The position numbers and the translations under genes were made by a program. A DNA stretch of 64,000 nucleotides, taken from assembly GCA_958009085.1 (NCBI GenBank), contig OY253678.1, forward strand, positions 124,001 through 188,000, written 5' to 3'. This DNA comes from Protoeuglena noctilucae. Its lineage: Eukaryota. The notes beneath the pieces are model-generated. The model did not search any database and was not told the origin of the DNA. It saw only the letters and a list, made by a program, of their open reading frames with translations. Shown piece after piece: positions 55,649 through 64,000 of this stretch; within the stretch, counting starts at the first letter, position 1, and each line of letters opens with the position of its first letter.

Positions 55649-55987
55649 GGAGCAGAGTGGCACAGAGGCATCGCGCGGGGTGCCTGCGCCTGTGCAAGGA
55701 AGTAGCAGTCACCTCGCTTGAACTTCGAGTGCTCAGTGTGATGCACAGGAGTGATTGCACCTGTCCATCCGCTGGCCACCCCAGGTGCCCGCGAAACACC
55801 CCATCCGACGTGCTGCAGGGGGCGCGTCCCAGAGCCCGTGTCAAATCATTTGAATCCCGCGGGGATGGCATGCCGGGTAATAATCTCATTAGCAGCTGTA
55901 CGATCTCTTGCTGTGCGTCACTCAGGCCAGCCACTAGCTGAACCTCTCGCCTCTCGCCTCTTGCCCCGCCCTTGAGGGCCGTCGCCG

Positions 55988-57810
55988 ATGCGCTCGGCGC
56001 TGGATGTGTGGGATCACGCAATTGAGACTACTGCCAGTGCTGTCTGCCGAGCCATCGCGGAGCGGGACTCCCGGGCGCCAGCCCGCCGTGATCCGTGCGC
56101 AGCTCTCGCTCCCCAGCCCCGCTGGGGAGACTCTTCCCGCGGCGCGGGACATCCAGAAGATATATTTAGAGAGGGGCACGCGGCGTCGGGGTCCTCGCCG
56201 GGCGCGGGGGGTGAGAGGGCTGCGTCTGGGAGGGAAGCCAGCACCAGCGCGGCCCCGCCGGGTGGTCCGTCGGCCGCATCGGCGCGGCGAGGTCGGCGAG
56301 CTCGGCACACAGTGACCGGCGGTGTCAGGCAGCGCGCCTCCGCGTCGCCTCGCCTGCCGTTCGCGGCTGCATCCGCGGTGGCTGCCGGGCCACGCTGGGC
56401 GTCCGCGCAGCGCCAGGGTCCAAAGCGGGGTCCCGCGGACGAGGCTACCAGGGCCTCGCTTGGGGGGCGGGGCTCGGTTGCGGGGCCCCTCGGCAGGTTG
56501 CGCGGGGCGATGGAGTCGCTATGGGTCAGCGCCAAGCGTCGTTTGGCGAGGGACCGGGAGCTGCAGAACGGCGTGGCGGGGGCCGTGGCAGGTGAGGTTT
56601 CGTGTATTCTGTGCAGCGCGGTGCGCGGATTTGCTCCGTCGGTCCCCGCCGGTTCACAGACGCGGAGCGAACGTTGCTGTGCCCTCAGGTGGCGTGACGG
56701 CGGTGTTTGTGTGCCCTCTGGACGTCCTTAAGACGCGTCTACAGGTGCAGGCCCGCAATGCGACCAAGGACTTCTCGGTTGTCGGGGGCCTGCGCGCCAT
56801 CGTTCGGGATGAGGGGCGGCGGGGACTGTACCGCGGCTTGAGCCCGACTCTGTGGGCCCTGCTGCCCAATTGGGCCGTCTACTTTACCGTCTACGAGCGT
56901 CTCAAGGCGGCCGTGACCCGCTCCCACCCGGGCCTCGAGCACCACCCAGGGATGCACATGATGGCGGCGTGCGGGGCCGGCGTGGCGACCATCGCCGTCA
57001 CCAACCCCCTGTGGGTCGTCAAGACGCGCCTCCAGACCCAGGGGTGAGCGGCGGGCTTCTTGAGAACACTTAAGGCGACATGGCAGTCCACGCACCCCAA
57101 GCCTGGTCACAGCCTTCAGACCCATGGCCCTTATCTTGCGTACTGCTCACCATCATTCTTCTCTCATCTCTCGCAGCCTCCATCTCAAGTACGCTCGCGT
57201 GGGTTCCCGGCCCTACCGTGGCACGTTTGACGCCCTCCGCCGCATCGCGCGCGAGGAGGGGATCAAGGGCCTTTACAGCGGCCTGGCCCCCTCCCTCGTG
57301 GGCATTTCCCACGTTATGATCCAGTTCCCACTGTACGAGCGCGTCAAGCGGGCCCTGGCTGCCTTCTACCAGCGCCGCACCGACCAACTCCAGGTGCGGG
57401 TGGGCGAGGGCGGCGAGCGGCACCGCCACCTGCGACCCCGCTGTTCCAAGCATCGTCTGTCGCTTTCGCCTTCCTCCCAGGCCCCCGAACTCATCCTGGC
57501 GTCCTCTCTGTCCAAGATGGTGGCCTCGACCGCCACGTACCCTCACGAGGTGGTGCGCTCGCACATGCACGTCGTTGGCCACGGCCCCTTCGTGGGGTTC
57601 TGGAACACGGTCCGGCACATCTACCGGCAGGAGGGGCTGCCGGGGTTCTACCGGGGATGCGCCACCAGCCTCTTGCGTACGACGCCCGCCGCTGCCCTCA
57701 CCTTCACGAGCTTCGAGCTGCTGTCCTCCGCCCTGCGCGCATGGAGCGCGTCCGTGCCAATGGTAAACGAGCGGGAGGGGCCCGAGGGGGCAGAGGAGTA
57801 CCTGCAGTAA
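55988..57810 (+). CDS. NDT1: Mitochondrial-carrier family NAD+ transporter (NDT1/NDT2-like)
   Basis: Three carrier repeats: [25 protein letters not shown] and [11 protein letters not shown]. Also [14 protein letters not shown] and [16 protein letters not shown]. Confidence 0.88.
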
Positions 57811-58140
57811 TCTGTTTGGCACACGGATGCCGATGAGGGCAGGCCAGGCTGTCACTTGCGCCAGTTGCACGCCATCTGGCAGCTGGTGCGCAGTGCCTTG
57901 CTGCAGCGGCTGCGTCGTGCGGATGCTTTCACTTCAGATCCGTGCCTGTCGAGTAGCAAGCGTAAGGGGAGCGACTACGTGTCGATATGAACGCACAAGA
58001 GAGAGGAACCTATCAGCGCTTGACCACAGCCACATATGGCGTGAGTCACTAGCGGGTCGACGCCGGGCCTATGCTCCTGCGAAGCGGGGCGAGAATGGAA
58101 GGGCTCCACGGGTCGCGTCAACGGCATGGGACGTAAGCAG

Positions 58141-58582
58141 TCAAGGCAGGCATGCCGCGGCGGTGTCCATCGCGTTTCTGCGGCAAGGCACGCACCTGGC
58201 CACTCCCCACGCCGACCCCAGGCCGATGGCGCCCCGCGCTCGGATCCACATGGCCTGACGTGCATCCCCCGAGTAAACGAATGCGGTCTGCATGCTTCCT
58301 GCCGGGGATGGGCTCCCACAGCTGGGGCAGCTGGCGCTGGACGTGGTGAACGGCGTCCGCTGCTTGTGCTGCGGGCGAGGGGGGCGATGAGAGACCCTTT
58401 ACCAGCGTAATCACGCATCCTCGAGACATCTTGCGAGCCATCAGCTGCGCGCGGCATCCTGAAAAGGCGGCGCGGGCCTGCCTCACCCGCACGTTGGCCG
58501 TGCAGTACACGTAGATGCGCTTCTTCCTCCGCACGATGTAGCAGTACTCGCAAATGCGGCGGACTGCTGTTCGGACCCTCAT
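58141..58582 (-). CDS. MRPL36: Organellar ribosomal protein bL36 with C-terminal extension (plant-mitochondrial type)
   Basis: MRVRTAVRRICEYCYIVRRKKRIYVYCTANVR|HKQR has intact CxxC...C...H zinc ligands. The 3' end is uncertain. Confidence 0.88.
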
Positions 58583-59094
58583 CTCCTCCCCAGGACGCCT
58601 CGACACCCAGCTAGTGCGGCCACGGGCCGATTATCTGCAGTGGCCGAGCCCCTGCCGCTTCTCTTCCGACAAGCAATCGTGCAGCAACTGCAGAGCAAGA
58701 GCTTGGTCATGGAACTGCCGCCGGATCCCCGGCGCGTCGATTGCTGAGCGCGCGCTGCCTGAAGTCTGGCGCAAGTCTGGCACTTCGCCCACCGCGTTCG
58801 AAGAGCCGCCTTCGCCACCTCCGCTAGCATTAGACTCGACGTGTCACCCGCTGCTGACCTTGCACGCCTTGTAGCGACTGTCATCCACGGGCCTAAGCGG
58901 AGGATTTCTTTGAACTTTCCGAGACGCTCAATGACGGGAGAGATGCCTGAATACAATGATGATGGTTGACAGGGCAATGGAAAGGGACGCTCACGGCTCG
59001 GGAAGCACGCGGGGGCCCGACCCACGCGCAGGTGACGGCGGCCAATGCCCCCCGGAGCTCATTGCGGCTCGGGGCGCCCCGACCACGGAACCAA

Positions 59095-62000
59095 ATGACT
59101 CTGGTCCCGAGGTGCTCCTGGACCCGGGGAACCACAACCTCCCGTTCCGGATGAAGCAGCATCGCATCAGGTGCGGGGCAGCTGCCTCGCCGTTCTTCTC
59201 GCATCGATTGCGCTGCCCCGAGCTGCTTATCTCCGACTACTCGCAGAGCATCGCAAGCTGACCTCGTCATTCTGTTCGACCTGAACGGCGTCTTGGCATG
59301 CCGGGACAACAACAAGCCCCGCCGCGGGCAGGTGCGACGCGGCTTGGCTGGGCCAGCTGCAGCCGTCGAATGCCTCGCGACGTCTTTTGCGCATGTCATG
59401 CAGCTCACGGGTCTCTAGTGTGCATGCACGTATCGTTGCCTGCCCCTCTCCTCAGGTGCGGCGCAAGTATCACGTGCGTCCGGGGGTGTCCCACATCCTG
59501 GCGCTACTGGGGGGCCTTTGCGCGGGCCAAGACCCCTCCCCGGTCATCCACTTGGGCGTCTCCACCTCCGCGACTCGCCCCAGCGCCATGGCGGCCCTCG
59601 CGGCAATCCACAGCGCGATGCTGCAGGAGGCCGGGCAGCATCCCGACTGGCCAGGGTCGGCCTTTGTCAGGGCCAACCGCGACGCCATTGCGGCTGGAGC
59701 CAAGAGGTGCGGTTTGCGGGGCGCACGTTGGGCTTTGGGGGCGCCGGTTGCAGCGTCACGCGCGTTGACAGCGACGCGCTTTCACGGAGGGCTCATCATG
59801 CTTGCGGTGCAGGAGTTGGTGGCTATCCGACAGGTACAACTCGCGAACGAGGAGTGACGAGGACGGGGCTGCAGCCGATGAGCCTGGGAGCGATGCGGAG
59901 GGCGCCACTGGCAGGGGCTACTGGGCAGCGGGGTGCAAGAATGGAGGTGAGAGATATGGACGCAGTTGGCAGGCACCTCATGGAGAGCCCCGTTGTGCAC
60001 CCACGCAACACATGGCCCACACCCGCGCCCTCATACCCACCCCTTGCCTCTCCCACCGCCCCCCATGCCCCTCACCACCTCGCATCATCCTCGCTTCTCG
60101 CAGTGTCCTCCGCGTCTGGTTTCGACGACCCCGACGGCGTCGGAGTCTTCCGCTGGGTCCTCTCCCGCGACTCCTGCGTCCCCGTGTCGGCCGTAGAGGG
60201 GGCCTTAGGCAGCCACGACTGGTCCATCGTCAAAATGCTCTCCAGGCATTTCGTGGACACCTCCCGCGTCGTCCTCGTCGAGGACAGGCGAGGCTGGGAC
60301 CACGCGGGGCGATGGGGCAAGATGCGTACCTGGCAGGGCCACACCGCTCCCACAGCCCGACTTGCCCCGTCTATCCTTGGCATTCCTCGGCAATGCCAAT
60401 GACATTGACGCACACAGTCGTCTCTCATGGTCACCACCGCCACTGCTGCCCTCCCTCATCTCACCGTCCCTTCCCATCTCCCCCACCCGCAGTGCTGACA
60501 AGGGCCACCCCTCGGAACTGCCCCACATGATCCTGGTGCCAGAATTCACTTCAGAGGACCGCACGCAAGGGTGGGCTTCTAGGGACGACAACGTGCTTCG
60601 TGCTGTGGTGGAGGGGGTGGGCGACTGGACGAGGGCACATTGGAAGCTGGGGGCGCGAGCGCGGGCGGCGGACGTGACGGCATCTGTGCACGGTGAGCGG
60701 GGGAGGTGACGGGCTTGCTTGCAGCCTTGAGCTTGTTAAAGTTGGTCGCGGTGACGTAGTTGTTACCACTTGTTGTTACGGTCTTTTGAGACGCTTGAGT
60801 GATTGCTGATCGTGCTATCCTCGCTCTCTGCCCCTGCAGCCAGGCAGGAGCTGGGGCCAGTGCAGGGAGGGGCGGGCCCAAGTGGGCAGGTGCCCGTGGC
60901 TGCCGTGGGTGCAGAGGAGGGGTCGCAAGGGGAACAAGCGCAGAGGAAGAAAAAGGCCAGGCATAAGAAGTGCAAGAGACAGGAGATGGAACAGGCGGGT
61001 GTCTCAGCTGTTGGGGCTGATGTGGATGAGACTGCGGTAGTGGATGATGCGGGTGGGGCGACGGGGGCTGTGGGGGTGGATGGGTCGTGGGCGGTGGCCC
61101 GGCCAAGGGGTGGTGCAGCGCCGGGGCAGGGGTGGGCGCGGGGCGATGATAGCGGGGATGACACTGTGGTGGGGTGCACGCGGGGTGACGGGAGTGGGGG
61201 TGGGCGGAAGCGGGTGCGGGAGGAGGGGTGGGCAGCGAGCGGGGATGACGCCCTGCCACCCCCGCCCGTGAGGAGGGCAGGGCATGCCACGACCTCCCAG
61301 CCACGGCAGGCTGCGACCAGCGCACCGACTGGCAACTGGCGGGACCAGCCGGTGGATCTGTTCGAGCCGCCTGGTCCCTCAGTGACCGCCTCGCGGGCAA
61401 GCGGCTGGCGGGACAAGCATACCGATGACTTCGCACTGCCTGGCCCTCCCACGAGAGCTGTGCAAGCGAGGGGCAGCTGGGGGGACCAGCCGGTCGATGT
61501 TCCCGCATTACCCTGCCCACCATCGACGGCTTTCGGGGAGGGCAGCTGGCGGGAAACGCCGACCGGCCCTGCGTTGCCAGGGCCCCCATCAAGAGCTCCG
61601 CAAGCAATGGGCAGCTGGCGGGATGAGCCAGTGGACGTCCCTGCGTCACGCAGCCCTCTCATGCAAGCTCCGCATGCAGTCATCACCTGGAGAGATTGGC
61701 GGGGCACTTGGAGAGATGAGCCGACGGACGTTCCCCCGTTCTCAGCGGCCTCTACGGCAGCTCCGCGCCGGCGCTCGGCCTCAACGTCGCTGTCAGCTCA
61801 GCCTCAGCCCCCTGTGTCGCCCGCACCGCCACCGCCGCACTCACAGCCATCGTCGCCTGCCCCGCCGGTGCCGCTCACGCTGGGGTCCGGGTGGGCTGAC
61901 TTTTTACAGTGCGTGACGGGCGGGCGCATCTTCATGTGCAACTCAGAGACGGAGAGCGAGTGCCTGGGGTGAGCGGCGTGAGTGACATTGACAGGCACCG

Positions 62001-64000
62001 GCAGACCTCACCCCAGCTGCGCCCTATCTAGCGCACCCATCCAGTCACCCTCCACCCCACCCCTCCCTTCACCCCAGCCGCACCCTGTTCGGCGCCCCCA
62101 ACGTCGACGCCATCTCCGCCATTCGCCCCACCACGGCCCTCTTCCTCTGCAACTTCGAGGCCCTCCACGTCATGGGGGTGTTTGCCATGCAGGGCGATGT
62201 GACATCAGCAGTGGGGAGGGCCCTCGAGCCCAGCGCGTTTGGGGGACGCTTTCCCTACCACGTCAGGCGAGTGTCACTGGTGGTACTTGATCAATGCCGC
62301 TTGCATCAGTGTCTTTCCATGACCACGTCATGGAAGCTGCTCTGGTACTCGCCCCCCGCGTGTCCATACGGGGTCCGCCGGCTCCCCCCTCACATCCCAT
62401 TTCACATCTCAACTTCCCTCCCACCCCCCCACCCACGCAGGGTCCGCCAGCTCCTCCCCGCCCCCGCCCCGCCCCTCCGCTTCGGCCACCCCGCGGCCGC
62501 CTGCCCCCCCGGCCCCACCGTCGACACCGCCGCCCTCAAGCAAGCACACCCGGCAGTGCTGGGGCAGGGCAACCGCCTCCGCACCCACCTGCCCGCCGCC
62601 ACCGCCGTCGACATCTGTCGGCTGTTCGAGGCAAGGCGATGGGAGGAGACGGCACAGGTGGTGCGGCAGGCAGTGGCGGGTGCAGTGGGAATGACGAGGG
62701 ACGCGATGCGGGGTGATGGCGGTGGTGGCGGATCAACGGGTGGCATCAGTGGTAATGAGGGCGGGTTGAAGGGTGGTGCGAGGGGTGGCGAGGGTGCAAG
62801 TGGGAGAGGTGGTGCGAGTGGTGGTGAGGGCGGTGGTGCTGGTGCAAGTGGGGCAGAAGATAGTGGACGGAAGGGCGTGAAGGGGAAAGGTCGGGGTTCA
62901 ACCCGGGGGTCAGCCGCCGCGTCTGCGGGGTCAGGGGAACGTGCTGCGTCGGTAGAGGGGCGACAGGCAGGGGAACGTGCTGGCGCGCAAGTGGTGACGG
63001 GGCCTGGAGAGGTTTTACTACGGCGCCGGCCATTAACGCTAATTGAGCTGAGCTCATCATCGGAGGAAAACGCGGAGGGTGGGAATGCGGGGAGTGGTAG
63101 GGGTGCGGGGTGTGGCGGTGGGCCTGAGAACGGAGGGACACCTGCGGGGCTTCGAGAGGTGTGCGACGAGGACGGCCGAAACAGCGACTCTGGCAGCGAC
63201 TCTGGCGCTGGCAGCGAGGATGGGTTGGCGTGGGGCGGGAACGTCACGGGTGTCTCACGCCCCTTGCGCGGCCCTCCTGCTCGGGTCTCTGTGAGCAGTG
63301 GGGGCTCTGAGGGGGCTTCGTTTGTGTCTCAGTCTCAGTCTTCTGATTCTGGGGACGAGTGGGTGGCTGGGGATGCGGAGGACGGCAGCGATGCGTCCGG
63401 GTACACGGTGTTTGGGGGTGGCAGTGGGGAGGAGTCGGGGGACGATGACCTGGGCATCAACGTGGTTGGGTTGGAAGAGGGAGGTGAGGTGGTGGGTGGG
63501 GATGGGGTGGGGACGAAAGGGGGTGTGGGATAAAACTATCAAGGAGACTGTGGTGGGTGCACGAGCTTTAAACAGTGTGACGTTGCTTCCCCCATCTTGC
63601 TGGCAGCCCTGGCGATGTGTGATCGAACCCCCACCCCGCTCGTGCTTGCAGCATTACCGTTGCGTGACCTGGAGGACCCCACCATGCCAGCCGCCATGCG
63701 CCTAAGGGGTGGCGCCCGTCGGTTCAAGCTCCGCAAGGCTGCCCCTGCCCCTCCCCTTCCCCCCGCGGCCACGGGGGGACTCCAGGCTTACGCGCACCTC
63801 GGCGACAACGTCAGGTGAGGGATGGGGCTGAGACCGGTTGAAGATAGATGGGAGATTGAGCGCTATGGACGGTTATGATAAGATGTCAAAACAACGCGAT
63901 GGAGAAGGACGGCTGGCTTTTTCGACCTCCGCCCACTCACCCACCTCAGCATCACTCCCACCACTACCACCGCACTGACCCACTCCACACCCCTCCTGCC
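59095..64000 (+). CDS. FCP1/NIF-like HAD domain + repeat linker + DCD domain protein, continuing past the window end
   Basis: NIF-like motifs LVILFDLNGVL, HVRPGV, VSTSA and VVLVED|SADK...MILVPEF. DCD-like GGRIFMCNSETESECLG|RTLFGAP...IRPTTALFLCNF...MGVF...EPSAFGGRFPYHVR. Confidence 0.7.
61325..61745 (+). repeat. Coding ~23-aa degenerate tandem repeat (GSWRD.PVDVPALPGPP) x6
   Basis: GNWRDQPVD, SGWRDKHTD, GSWGDQPVD, GSWRETPTG, GSWRDEPVD and GTWRDEPTD, mostly at ~70-nt spacing. Confidence 0.85.

Overview
This is eukaryotic nuclear DNA from a GC-rich, intron-dense green alga. Evidence: TGTAA poly(A) signals, plastid-type genes, the ciliary transition-zone gene TMEM67, and the standard genetic code. 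About 20 tightly packed, mostly strand-alternating spliced genes could be assembled by hand: CGLD27/Ycf36 (3' end), an OPR-RAP protein, an AT74/DET1-like histidine phosphatase with an 8-nt frameshifting duplication, a two-domain ArsA/GET3 ATPase, meckelin/TMEM67, a DUF3110 protein, CSN8, Rab-GGTase alpha, organellar uS15, ketol-acid reductoisomerase, U2AF65, two divergent F-box-ankyrin genes, a probable DUF3638-type fragment, a large pseudokinase, a small membrane protein, LSm4, an NDT-type NAD+ carrier, organellar bL36, and an FCP1/NIF-like + DCD protein running off the end. The most unusual signal is intron architecture. (1) About 18 introns (roughly 1 in 7 by hand count) use GC donors, nearly all AG|GCGAG. 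(2) At least 14 introns in five genes carry near-exact 15-40 nt 'echo' copies of their own exon end or splice junction 57-139 nt away; one is still a complete ~90-bp tandem duplication. (3) Distal introns have G/T-rich 5' halves and C/A-rich 3' halves. All exon boundaries and family assignments are from manual reading, with no database search or RNA data.
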